From NCBI GenBank assembly GCA_964187785.1, contig OZ076409.1:34102001-34166000 (forward strand): a DNA stretch of 64,000 bases, given 5' to 3'. The position numbers were made by a program, and so were the translations under genes. Below the pieces are notes generated by a model that was given only the letters and a program-made list of their open reading frames with translations, made no database searches and was not told the origin of the DNA. Each line of letters starts with the position of its first letter. The stretch's first letter is position 1. Positions 1 to 10,647 of the stretch are shown here, in pieces. The DNA comes from Amphiscolops sp. MND2022. Lineage: Eukaryota.

Positions 1-1218
1 CAAGCCTACCAGCGTCTGTTTTACTATTCTAACAGCGTGATTGGTGCCTACTGACAGCGTCTGCCAAGTTTGGTGTCAATTGGAACTGTATCTGTTGAGA
101 AATTGACTAAAACAAACTGCACAAGAAGGTGCGCAAGAAGGCGAATTCTACGAAGTCTGGTGGGATTGCCTGAACACCTTATTCAAAGAGTGGGACCAAA
201 TTGCTGCCCACTATCGTAATCAGTGCAAGTTTATCGTATCGTTGCCAAAAAACGAGCTTGGGAGCTCTTTGCTGTTTGCCGGAATCTGAGTTGACACGTG
301 AAGAACACTGCATTTTGGAACACGGTGATACGGAACGTCAGTATCAGATCTAAATCTTGCCCAGTGGTCTGAATTCTCATTGGTTGTTACTGTAGTGTAG
401 CTGGCTATACTTGTGATCGCGTGACCAATTTTGAGCCAATTTTGCACGTTTCCAGCACTTGTAAAAGCCATTTGAGTGATTTTCGAAAACAGTTGAAAAA
501 TCCAAAAATCGTTGAAAAAGGCTCTAGCGCGAAGCTGGAGGCAATCATCAGCTACGGAAGGTTATTTTTCTGACTTGTGTGGCTGACAAATTGTGCTGTG
601 TCATTTTGTACCCAGTACGAGTGATAAAACTGAATTTGACTTTGTTCAGACACACGTTTTGAACGAAAATCCCGAAAACGCCAGAAAAACTATCAGTGTA
701 AATCCTCAATACTTCCGCTGTACAGGAGGCAGACCCAAAAAGCCTTCATTTTCCAACGGAACGGACCCAGTAGACCTTCCTGGGTGCAAACGAGGCAAAT
801 CCCACGGTTCAAAAAAATTGCCGGCAGGGGTCATAAATTTTGGACTCCTCTGGAACTTTGAAATTTGATCCTGAACAGTTCAAGGCAGCAGTTTTAAGTG
901 CCTGCGACGCACTCTGGACTACATTTTCCAACCGAAAATTGCTAGGAGTTACCTTGAGCAGGGTTTTCGATATCCAAAAGAGACCCTGAGTGTTCCGACT
1001 TAGCCAAAATCACAAAATTTTGGGAGGAGCAACTTCCTAGTGACGAAAAATTTGACCGGATTGCCCGAGTGTGACACCTTTTTGAACACTCTGGTGCCTC
1101 ATTTTGGTGTTATTTCGCTGTATCGAGTAGCACCAACGCCGAATATTACGCCAAATTTGCAGAGAACTCTTTTGGGCAATTGCAAAATACCCAAATCTCT
1201 CGAGGTTGAGAGGCGAAG

Positions 1219-4200
1219 TTGATACCGAGTTTGCTGAAAGACTCCTTTGAGCCACATCCTGCTACATCTAACGCTGGAATGAAACCTTCGGAACAATTCC
1301 AACGCCTCTGCTTCTTTTTGAAGGGGGGAGAGGGGACCAGCGCAGCACAACCAATCGATGAACCGGCCTCGATATCTTTGAACAACGCAACCATGGGCAT
1401 TGCTCACACGTCGCCTAGGGATCGAGGCGGGTTGCTCGAGAGCAATCATGGTACTGATGACCCAAAAGATGAATTGATATCTCCCGAACAGTTGAAATTC
1501 ACGGAGGCGATATCCAAAACTATAACTAATGCGTTGGCTCCCTTGATTGCCAATCGTGATCAAACCGCTGTTCGACCAACCTTATACAGAGGTTCGAAAG
1601 ACGGGACTGTTGAAGAGTGGTTGCTCGTGATGAAACGGTATTTGGAGCGAGTTTATTCCAATGCTTCACCTGACGACAAGACCTGGGCGATAATCGATCA
1701 CTTAGGTGATGAAGCTCGGAGTTTTATAATCAACAAACCGGAGTCCGAACGGGATTCTCACGAGAAGGTGACTACCTTGCTCTCCAGCAGATTTGGGTCT
1801 GGGAGTAACCGCTGGCCAGTGAGGCAGGCTTTCAGGCTGCGGAATCAGCTTGAGAAAGAGGGCCTGATGCAGTATCTAGATGCATTAGAGGGTCTGAGGA
1901 GTCAGGGTTTTCCTGATGAGCCTATCACAACCCGACGCTATGAAATCTTGCATCGGTTCATGGATGGGGTCAGCGATTCCGTGTTGCAACGAGAACTGAC
2001 GGTAGTGTTTGCGACTGAGGCGTATCTAGCCGACCCACCTACCGTGGAATCACTTCGGTTCACTGTACAGGAACTCCAAAGGAGTCGTCACCAACAACAG
2101 CCTCGTGACCCAGGGTGCACCGAGACTGTACCTTATCAGTACCTACAGAGCGACGAAGTGCCGGGGTCACCAGTGGCTCCGCAGCATGAATTGCTGCCAC
2201 CCCTTGCACGCCGGTCGGCGCGATTGCCGATGCCGGCTGCGTCAGTACACACAACCCCTGAATACAGACAGACCGCAACCTTAGAGCAATCCGCGCGCTG
2301 CTTGCAGAGTGCTTGCGCGAGACGCAAGCTGGTGGTGCATCGCCCGGAGCATATTCTTGACCCACATAGTGAGCCCCAGCAAGGTGCTGCAGCAGCGGTT
2401 CCAGCGCCTGCTGTCCCAGTGAAATCGTGCACAACTGAGGTGTCTGCAGGTTGTCCAACAGTATCAATCCAGTCAGAAACTTCCAGCCCTAGGGCTGAAG
2501 AAAAGAAGAAAACGGATGCAACGCAAACCCTGTCTACTGCCTCTGGCAGGGTATTAATGCTACGTCCAGCTGACCAAGCCACCGTAAATGCTCCATTGAC
2601 TGTCACCTGTGGCACAAAGCAGGTGCAGACAGGTTTGGAGTCCACAACGTTTGACCCTAGTGGCCGGACTTTATTGTCTGTACACCTAGTACTGGCCTCG
2701 GAGCAACAAATACGCCCAGATTTGACCTTGGAAAAATTGAAGCTCGAGTTAGCTAGCAATTCGGCTGTCAAAAAGATCTCCTTACCACTGCCAGAAGAAT
2801 GGTATACTGAAGGCGAAGCTAGTACGTGCACGGCATACACCCCAGTTCCTGTGCATGCCAACATAGATGGCGTGGACATGAAATTTGATGCCAGCGTGGT
2901 AGTAGATGTGTTCCCTCAAGGAGTGTGTCTAGGGCCACATGAATTACGCTGCTACAGCATCAGCAAGCAGGAGCCCACGGGTGAGGCCCGCATAGATGAG
3001 CGTGCGTCGCTCGTTGTATCTTTTGCAGTGCCAGATGCCAGCCCTATTCCACTGAGAGGAATGGTCGACACGGGGTCAGGCGTATCAATCATGAGTTTCT
3101 CAGCCTTCAACCGTGTAGCCTTGCGGACTGGTGTAGCGCTACAACCTTACCGAATCGACTTGTATGCTGCTAATGGGAAGACGATGAAAACTTTTGGAAT
3201 AGCGGAGAGTGTGCGCTTCCAACTTGGTGGATATGAACTCGAAACAAATTTCGTGGTCGTTGATGACGCACATGGCTTGGAAGATTTCTTGCTGGGTAGG
3301 AATTTTCTGCGAACATACAATGTGATGGTAGATCTAACCTCCATGAAACTTGTGGTGCGAGCACCGGCTAAGCCTGTGTGGCATCACGCACACGCCCAGA
3401 CGAGTGACGAAGCCTTATCCAGCGCGGTAGTTTTGGATCAAGACGTAGTGCTCCAGCCGTTTGAACGTGCTGTTTTACGAGCTAAGTTGGTCACTTCGAA
3501 CTTGGAAGCTTTTGCTTTCAGTAATGTTGTGATTAACTTTGCAACACCGAACCGATTGCTGAAGAACACTATATTTGTGGAAGACACTATAGCCACTGTT
3601 GGAGAGACAGGTTCGTTCTATGTCTCTGTTGGCAATCTGACAAGCAATGCCCAGAAAGTGAAGTGCGGCACCATGCTTGGTACTGCTGCACCAGTACGCC
3701 TAGTCTACCATGCAGTTCCCCAAAGTGTGCTAGCGCATAAAGGCGAGAGTGACGAAAAATCGGACTCCCCAAATGAGTTCGTCAACAGGGTCTATTCTGA
3801 AATGGACCTGAACTCGCATTCAAGATGTTCGTCGTCGTCGGAGTTCGAGTTTCTCTCCTCTACAGACCCATCGGAGGAGGGGTTGTCAGAGCGCGAGATC
3901 AGAAAGCGCACTGACCCTGATCTCTTGGCCCCTATTCCTGGACCCGAATCTCAGTTAGAGGAGGTACAAAAGTTGTGGGGGAAGACTGCCCGCGACTCGC
4001 TGAACAACATCCTTACGGAATTTGATGACCTATTCATGAAGCACAAAGCAGACATTGGTCGCTGCACAATAGCCAAGCATCCTGTTGAGTTGGAGCCTGG
4101 GGCTGTACCGCATCGTGAAGGTGCTCGTAGAATGTCTCCTGACAAGGCGGAGCGTGCCAATCAGGAGGTACGCAATCTCCTGGCTTTGGGCATGATCCAA

Positions 4201-7200
4201 CCTTCGCTATCACCTTGGGCGAGTGGGATTGTGATGGTAAAAAAGAAAAATGGGGAGTTGCGATTCTGCTGCGACTTTCGCCCCCTCAACGCTGTCACAA
4301 TAAAGGACGCGTATCCCCTCCCACGCATCGATGAAAGCCTTTCACGCTTGGGTAAGGCCAAGATTTACACCAGTATTGATTTGGCCTGGGCTTTCTGGCA
4401 GATACCAGTCCGCAAAGCAGATAGGCAGAAAACGGCCTTTGCCTGCGAGCTGGGTTTGTTTGAGTGGAGACGTATGCCCTTTGGGATGTGTAACGCTTCA
4501 GCTACTTTCCAGCGAGCTATAGCGCGAGCGCTACGGAAAATTGTGAACCGTGAAGGAAGCATGGTGATGGCGTACATTGACGACATCGTCATTGCTACCG
4601 AGACAGTCGAGGACCACATGGTACGCTTGCGCGAGGTATTTGAATGTCTGCGCGAAGCTGGCTTCAAAATGAGAGTCGCTAAGTGCGACTTTATGAAGTC
4701 GGAAATCAAGTACCTGGGACGTGTGGTCTCTGCCGAAGGTATCAAACCTGATCCTAAAGCAGTGGTAAAACTACGCGATTGGGAAGTACCGAGGAACAAA
4801 ACGGAGATGCAAAGTTTTTTGGGCTTCGCCAACTATTATCGAGAGTTTATTCCTTGGCACGCCAAGCTTGTGGCCCCCTTGAATGCTATTACCGGCCTGG
4901 GCGCAACTTTCGCCTGGGGGGATGAGCAGCAACAGGCTTTCAACGCCGTCAAATTGGCTTTGATTGAGGCAACTGCCTTGGCGCAACCGGACTCGGTGGG
5001 CGAATTTGTGCTGGACACTGATGCCAGTGCTGTTGCAATTTCCGGCATTTTGCATCAGTGGCAGGGTCCTCCGGGCGAAAAGCGCCTGAGACCAATTGTG
5101 TATGGTAGCAAGAAGTTGAATGCCACTCAAGCGAAGTATGGCGCTCCCAAGCTTGAAATGTACGCAGCTTATTATTTCATCTTGAAGAATCACAGTTATC
5201 TCTGCTCCAGAAAGTTTACCCTTCGGGTTGACAATCAAGCTCTCTCTTGGCTCAAAACGTATTCCACTGATCAGGCCTTGATTGGACGATGGATTATGGC
5301 ACTCGAGAAGTACCATTTCAAAGTTGAGCATCGTCCCAGAACACAGCATAGGAATGCCGATGGCCTCAGTAAACGAACCAATGATTATCGGTGGCGAGAG
5401 AAGCAGCTCGAGAAGCTGCCAGCTGTGACAGACAAATGGAATTTCCTCTCACAGGAGGAGTTTGACCAGCTGCCCGTTGCACCCTGGTTCGATTTGCATG
5501 GTCGGGTGATACCCAATCACCCCCAATTGCCCGCTCACTTGCGGAACACTAAACCAGACCCCACAAATGCAGTTTGTCGTGTTGCACGACGGCGTAAGCG
5601 CCGTCAGGCCGCTGAGAAAAGGGAGAGGGCGCTACGCGCTCCTCTACCTGAGGCACCAGTGCCTACATTGCAAGCTCACGAAGACTTCTATCCAGATTAT
5701 CCTGAGGACTGGATTGACGTCACTGAAGAGGCTAGGCAAGATTACTTGCTGCCTACACATGTGGCAAATATCCCCTCACGCATGACATATGCCCTTGACG
5801 AAACAGTGGAGCAAGCCATGGCTTCCGCTCCAACGGTGGTTAGGCAAGCTGCCCTAGCCATCAAAGACTTAGACACGGAACTTCATGAACATGCCAACAC
5901 GGTGCATGGCATTAAGGATCTGCTTTTGGCGCAGAATCGTGATGTGCATGTTCTAGCCATAAAGAAGTTGGTAGCACAAGAGTCTATTGATCATGACATT
6001 TTTCCTGACGACGTGCGTGCTTTCGCACGTAACTATTACAAGCAGAAAAAAGATCTTCTGTTTGTAAACAAAAATGGAATTCTTTGTGTTAAGTATCCAC
6101 CTCAGCAACGTCCATTGCACGAACGTCCGTGCATGATTGTAATGCCACAATTGTACCAGCATGAAATTTTGTTTCGTGCTCACGATGCCATGGGCCACCA
6201 AGGCATTGCAAAGGTGGTTTCGCGAATCCAAGAACGCCACACCTGGCCAGGTATTCGCCGCAGCGTTGGTCAGTACGTGAGTCAGTGCCTCACGTGCCAG
6301 CAAGTACGTGACAGGCCGGGTGACGTTCGGTTTCACTTGAAAAATATCCAAAGTGGGTATTTCAATGAGTTGGTCCAGTATGACCATCTGAAAATATGCC
6401 CCTCCGATAACAATAACACCGGCATATTGGTAATAATTGACCATTTCTCCAAGTTTGCGGAGGCTGTACCCTGCAGCCATGAGGATTACGATGCAGTGAC
6501 CACGTCTAGGTTGCTTTTGCAGAAATGGTTTGCCAGACACGGCACGCCTACGCGGATGCAATCAGACAATGCCCCCAACTTGACCGCAGAGGTATCCAAT
6601 GAGTTCATGAGGGCATCTCAGGTCACAAAAGTTACCTCTACGGCGGGTCATCCGCGCACCCAAGGCCTGGTGGAACGACAAAATCGGACTTTGCTGACTT
6701 TGTTGCGGGTATTCTGCTCGCGTCGCATGAGAGATTGGGACCAGCATTTGGATGAAGTCATGGGAGCGTATAACTCAACGCGCCACGCCACGACTGGGTT
6801 TTCACCCTACATGCTGACCCGAGGGACCGAAAAGGCTATTCCTCTCACCTATCTGTATCCGAAGTTCGCAGCCAGATCATTTGAATCGCACGGAGCTTAT
6901 GTGGAGCATATTCTTGCTCGTCAGCAAGAAATTCATGACTTGGTGCGTAGAAACACGCATCAGGCGCAACAACGTCAAAAGATAAAGTACGATCGAGCTA
7001 TTCGTGCAAACGCATACAATGTGGGAGACCCCGTTTGGGTATTCTGCCGCTATGTACCTCAAAAAGGATCACCGAAGTTGATGAGAGCTTGGCGTGGTCC
7101 GCACAAGGTTGTCCATGTACTACAAGATGGTCGCGTGTATATCCTGGACTCAGGACAAAAAGTGCACTTTGAGCGGTTGAAACCTCATCATGGTGGCCCT

Positions 7201-9531
7201 ACGGAGTTTGTTGCGCTTCCCTCGGGGAGTGGCGAAGTGGTCGTTGTCATGGATCCTGAGCCTGAGCACTCTAATGAGGAGATCCGAGATGACTGCTCAC
7301 AACCCTCATATCGCGAGGAAGAACCGCTCTCTGAAGCATCAGATGTATCGCTACCATCAAGGAGACGCCACTGGATGGACACCAGGTTGCGTACTAGAAT
7401 GCGAGCTGGAGGCAGTCGTCTCCACTATCAGCAATTTGATTATTCCAGTTCCGACCCAGAGCGTTCGCGCTCTGACGACTTGCTGTCAGATGCCCGAGAT
7501 CATTCCCAGGCAGAACCTTTGGCGCTATTCGAAGCCTCAATGCCTCCCGATGAACAACCTCGGTCATTTGAACCTGCCAATGACTACGAGTTTCCAGTTT
7601 TATCCGAATCTGAAGCTATTCCGGAAGTACCGCAATCGCAAGATATTCCCGTTGCAACTGGAGAAGCCGAATTATCACTAGCGGGTACATCTGCTCCTCT
7701 GTTGACAAATCCTACATTGACGGATGTGCCTATTAGTATTCCCCAATTGCCGAATGGTACCTCCAACCTCCAAAACACTGAAACCCGTGACACCGAGTTA
7801 TCCAACACCAACGAGCCAACTGCTCGGAACAATGTCCCTAGCACGCGCGGCAGGGGCAGATCGCGAGCTGCTCTATCTCGTTGTTCGACACGAGCAACAA
7901 ATTCCCGGTCGCAGAACGTGAGCGTGCGCGCTCAAAGGACTCCCAGTCGCAGAGGACGTCCTCGAGGACGACCTCCTCGGAGGCCACGAGGACACACTAT
8001 TTCTTCACGGCAAACAGCTCGTGAAAATGACACACAGCCATCAATTACATCCGATTCTGACTCTGATGCGCCCACCGCGCAGCTTACATCCGATGTTGAC
8101 CAAGGCGCAACGCAGGTTAACCCACACTATGGCTTACGCCGGAATCGAGTACCTCGATATCGATGTGGAACCTGTGGGCTTCGCGATTGCACTTGTGTCA
8201 TGGCTCTGAACAGATCGCCCACTATCCCACTTGGACCTGTGAAAGCTCCGGTGGATCCGAAGCCTCAACCTCTTATCCACAATGGTAAACTTCTTGTCAG
8301 TCGCGTTGTCATCCGCGCAGAGAAGACATACACCGGACTAGAAAGAGAACGTATCTTCCCTGTAGACGTCGTGCTGGAAGAATTATCTAAATCCAAGATT
8401 GCTGAGGAACCTTGTCCTCGCTTCAAAGAGTGGACAAGCGATCTCCGCGGATTGGAATTCACGCTTCCCGTCACAGTGCCTCCTGTCACTCCTAACATTG
8501 TATTTGGACCTTTCAATTATGAGAGGGAACCCATCCAAATGGTCCGCTGTATCACCGCTGACCTCCTATCTGACAAATACGGCATCACCTGTCAGCCTGG
8601 TGAAGTGTATCGCCCAGCCCAATTTTGGTGGTTGCTTGTAACTGCCCCACATGCTCACTCTTTGGTACAGCCTGACAGCTTGCGGAGCTGTCTAGAAAGT
8701 TTGCGGACTGTTGTCACAGAGGAACTCATTTTGTGCTTCCACATCGTTGATCTTTATCGTGGAAAACTACGGTTCCGATGGTGGCTAGAGCTGATTATCA
8801 CTTTGTTCGCTAGCTTCCCTCGTATCCGCCTTTTGGATGATTGGACCCATTCCTTCACCGAGCCTGTAACGATCCACACTGCACTTGGTACCCTGGATTC
8901 ATGGTCAACAGCAAATGTGGATAATCAGTCTCTGTCGAGGTCCGTATGGCAGGATCTATCTGCTATTCGTGGACAGAACCATATAGACCCAGCTGATGAA
9001 AAAGGTCCCGGACGTCAGATTGTTTTTCCTGGTGCCCTACGACCAAATTTGGTCGACTACATTATTTACGACCAAACTGATTTCTTGCAGGTGCAGGGCC
9101 ACGTGGCAATTTGCTGCCCTGCAGACCTTAATACCAATTCTGCTGCCTTGCGCTACGTTCTTCGCGAGTGTGGCAGCGACAAAATAGTCCAACTTCGCCC
9201 AACAGTTGGTGAAGTCCTCACTATCCCATCCTCATTATCTTTTATGGATAATCAAGTTATTCACCTAATGATAACACGCCCCTCCCAGCGTTCACCACAA
9301 ATCACCGATGACTTTGTCTTATGCTTGGAGCACTTGAAAGCTTCATTATTGTCCAACGAAACCCCTGATATTCATTTCCCCATAGTTGACCCTGAACGCC
9401 CACTTCGCAGTTTGGACAACTTTTATCATAGTGTCATGGACGTTTTTGCAGGAACTGATATCACTGTATTTCTGCATGATCGCGTCTATGTCTCTATTGC
9501 CAGTATTGAACAATTTCCTGGCATCACTTAG
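1219..9531 (+). CDS. Gypsy gag-pol polyprotein with C-terminal AT-hook-like, Cys-rich and tandem macrodomain-like extension
   Basis: 2770-codon uninterrupted ORF (first ATG 1279). Capsid-like motif (YRGSKDGTVEEWL), protease VDTGSG (~3064), RT YIDD (4573-4584), RNase H (LDTDAS...NADGLS), integrase HHCC (HDAMGH...CLTC), D,D-E core, GPY/F-like WRGPHKV, then ~800 extra residues. Confidence 0.95.
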   Translation: MIPSLLKDSFEPHPATSNAGMKPSEQFQRLCFFLKGGEGTSAAQPIDEPASISLNNATMGIAHTSPRDRGGLLESNHGTDDPKDELISPEQLKFTEAISKTITNALAPLIANRDQTAVRPTLYRGSKDGTVEEWLLVMKRYLERVYSNASPDDKTWAIIDHLGDEARSFIINKPESERDSHEKVTTLLSSRFGSGSNRWPVRQAFRLRNQLEKEGLMQYLDALEGLRSQGFPDEPITTRRYEILHRFMDGVSDSVLQRELTVVFATEAYLADPPTVESLRFTVQELQRSRHQQQPRDPGCTETVPYQYLQSDEVPGSPVAPQHELLPPLARRSARLPMPAASVHTTPEYRQTATLEQSARCLQSACARRKLVVHRPEHILDPHSEPQQGAAAAVPAPAVPVKSCTTEVSAGCPTVSIQSETSSPRAEEKKKTDATQTLSTASGRVLMLRPADQATVNAPLTVTCGTKQVQTGLESTTFDPSGRTLLSVHLVLASEQQIRPDLTLEKLKLELASNSAVKKISLPLPEEWYTEGEASTCTAYTPVPVHANIDGVDMKFDASVVVDVFPQGVCLGPHELRCYSISKQEPTGEARIDERASLVVSFAVPDASPIPLRGMVDTGSGVSIMSFSAFNRVALRTGVALQPYRIDLYAANGKTMKTFGIAESVRFQLGGYELETNFVVVDDAHGLEDFLLGRNFLRTYNVMVDLTSMKLVVRAPAKPVWHHAHAQTSDEALSSAVVLDQDVVLQPFERAVLRAKLVTSNLEAFAFSNVVINFATPNRLLKNTIFVEDTIATVGETGSFYVSVGNLTSNAQKVKCGTMLGTAAPVRLVYHAVPQSVLAHKGESDEKSDSPNEFVNRVYSEMDLNSHSRCSSSSEFEFLSSTDPSEEGLSEREIRKRTDPDLLAPIPGPESQLEEVQKLWGKTARDSLNNILTEFDDLFMKHKADIGRCTIAKHPVELEPGAVPHREGARRMSPDKAERANQEVRNLLALGMIQPSLSPWASGIVMVKKKNGELRFCCDFRPLNAVTIKDAYPLPRIDESLSRLGKAKIYTSIDLAWAFWQIPVRKADRQKTAFACELGLFEWRRMPFGMCNASATFQRAIARALRKIVNREGSMVMAYIDDIVIATETVEDHMVRLREVFECLREAGFKMRVAKCDFMKSEIKYLGRVVSAEGIKPDPKAVVKLRDWEVPRNKTEMQSFLGFANYYREFIPWHAKLVAPLNAITGLGATFAWGDEQQQAFNAVKLALIEATALAQPDSVGEFVLDTDASAVAISGILHQWQGPPGEKRLRPIVYGSKKLNATQAKYGAPKLEMYAAYYFILKNHSYLCSRKFTLRVDNQALSWLKTYSTDQALIGRWIMALEKYHFKVEHRPRTQHRNADGLSKRTNDYRWREKQLEKLPAVTDKWNFLSQEEFDQLPVAPWFDLHGRVIPNHPQLPAHLRNTKPDPTNAVCRVARRRKRRQAAEKRERALRAPLPEAPVPTLQAHEDFYPDYPEDWIDVTEEARQDYLLPTHVANIPSRMTYALDETVEQAMASAPTVVRQAALAIKDLDTELHEHANTVHGIKDLLLAQNRDVHVLAIKKLVAQESIDHDIFPDDVRAFARNYYKQKKDLLFVNKNGILCVKYPPQQRPLHERPCMIVMPQLYQHEILFRAHDAMGHQGIAKVVSRIQERHTWPGIRRSVGQYVSQCLTCQQVRDRPGDVRFHLKNIQSGYFNELVQYDHLKICPSDNNNTGILVIIDHFSKFAEAVPCSHEDYDAVTTSRLLLQKWFARHGTPTRMQSDNAPNLTAEVSNEFMRASQVTKVTSTAGHPRTQGLVERQNRTLLTLLRVFCSRRMRDWDQHLDEVMGAYNSTRHATTGFSPYMLTRGTEKAIPLTYLYPKFAARSFESHGAYVEHILARQQEIHDLVRRNTHQAQQRQKIKYDRAIRANAYNVGDPVWVFCRYVPQKGSPKLMRAWRGPHKVVHVLQDGRVYILDSGQKVHFERLKPHHGGPTEFVALPSGSGEVVVVMDPEPEHSNEEIRDDCSQPSYREEEPLSEASDVSLPSRRRHWMDTRLRTRMRAGGSRLHYQQFDYSSSDPERSRSDDLLSDARDHSQAEPLALFEASMPPDEQPRSFEPANDYEFPVLSESEAIPEVPQSQDIPVATGEAELSLAGTSAPLLTNPTLTDVPISIPQLPNGTSNLQNTETRDTELSNTNEPTARNNVPSTRGRGRSRAALSRCSTRATNSRSQNVSVRAQRTPSRRGRPRGRPPRRPRGHTISSRQTARENDTQPSITSDSDSDAPTAQLTSDVDQGATQVNPHYGLRRNRVPRYRCGTCGLRDCTCVMALNRSPTIPLGPVKAPVDPKPQPLIHNGKLLVSRVVIRAEKTYTGLERERIFPVDVVLEELSKSKIAEEPCPRFKEWTSDLRGLEFTLPVTVPPVTPNIVFGPFNYEREPIQMVRCITADLLSDKYGITCQPGEVYRPAQFWWLLVTAPHAHSLVQPDSLRSCLESLRTVVTEELILCFHIVDLYRGKLRFRWWLELIITLFASFPRIRLLDDWTHSFTEPVTIHTALGTLDSWSTANVDNQSLSRSVWQDLSAIRGQNHIDPADEKGPGRQIVFPGALRPNLVDYIIYDQTDFLQVQGHVAICCPADLNTNSAALRYVLRECGSDKIVQLRPTVGEVLTIPSSLSFMDNQVIHLMITRPSQRSPQITDDFVLCLEHLKASLLSNETPDIHFPIVDPERPLRSLDNFYHSVMDVFAGTDITVFLHDRVYVSIASIEQFPGIT

Positions 9532-10647
9532 CTTCAACGTAAACTTTTGTTTGGTTAATTTTCTATTTGCTATCCTGATATCTCATGCTTGATATGCGTT
9601 GCTTGTTACCTTGTGGTAGCGTGCGTTGAAATCCATTGCCAGAACCACACTCCACTTCTTTTCAAGGGGGGAAGGGGTGTCTTCAACGCCCAATCCATCC
9701 TCTCGCATTTTCTTCGCATTCTTTGTTAGTCATTGCTATCTTAATATTAATGAAGGTGCTCAACGATTAAAGCCCGGGGAGCCCCAGTGCAATAAATAAC
9801 CCAAAAACTCTACATGTATTGCTACGCCCAAAAGGTGCTATTTTTGTTTCTTTTCCAAGATTTCCAGAAGTTTCCTCCAGATTCCAACGTGATATCCGGA
9901 AAAATAAGGAGCGCGCGCGTTCCTGATCTGCAAATGGCAAGATTTGATCTACCTTTGTCTGCTTTACTCCAGTGCTTACTCTTACGAGCAGTTCGTAGTT
10001 TGCTTCTGATGCGCTCCTTGACAAATGCTATTGAACTCTATACAGGTATGGAGCTGCATATCAGTGCGTGTTGCCCAAACCAAGCCGAACTTTAAAAAAA
10101 AAATATTAAAGAAACAGCTTGTCTTCCTTTTAAACAGTGGTTTTTCTGCTGAAAAGAAGTTTTAGCGAAAAGAACTTTTAACTGTGCTGCAAACTGAAAT
10201 TTTATTGCCGTGGAAAAGATGTTTTGCTGAGAACCACGTGCGCTTTGGAGCGTGAGCGCTCCGTAAAAGAAATTTTAGACGTCCAAAAACCAAAGTGCTA
10301 GCAGGATCCTAATCAGACTTTTGCAGAAAACTCGTGCTAAAAAAGTGGTGCTTTTTTGATTGATGTATGGAATCTTGGATTTGATTAATTTCAAGGTGCA
10401 TTTTTGAGTACTGGTTTTCTAGCTCTCGAGCTAGCTCTGTTTCAACAGTTTCTGGACGATGCAGGTTCTCTGGATGGCTAGAAGCAAGACCTCATGGTTG
10501 CCCAATCAGCAAAAGATGACAGTGCCACTGGACCGTTGCAACATCACCAGTTTGAGACCCCCGTGGATTGCACTCGTGATGTGGCGATGTATTCAATGCC
10601 AGCCTCTCCGCATGACGGGGACGTCATGCATAAAGCCCGGGGAGTGA

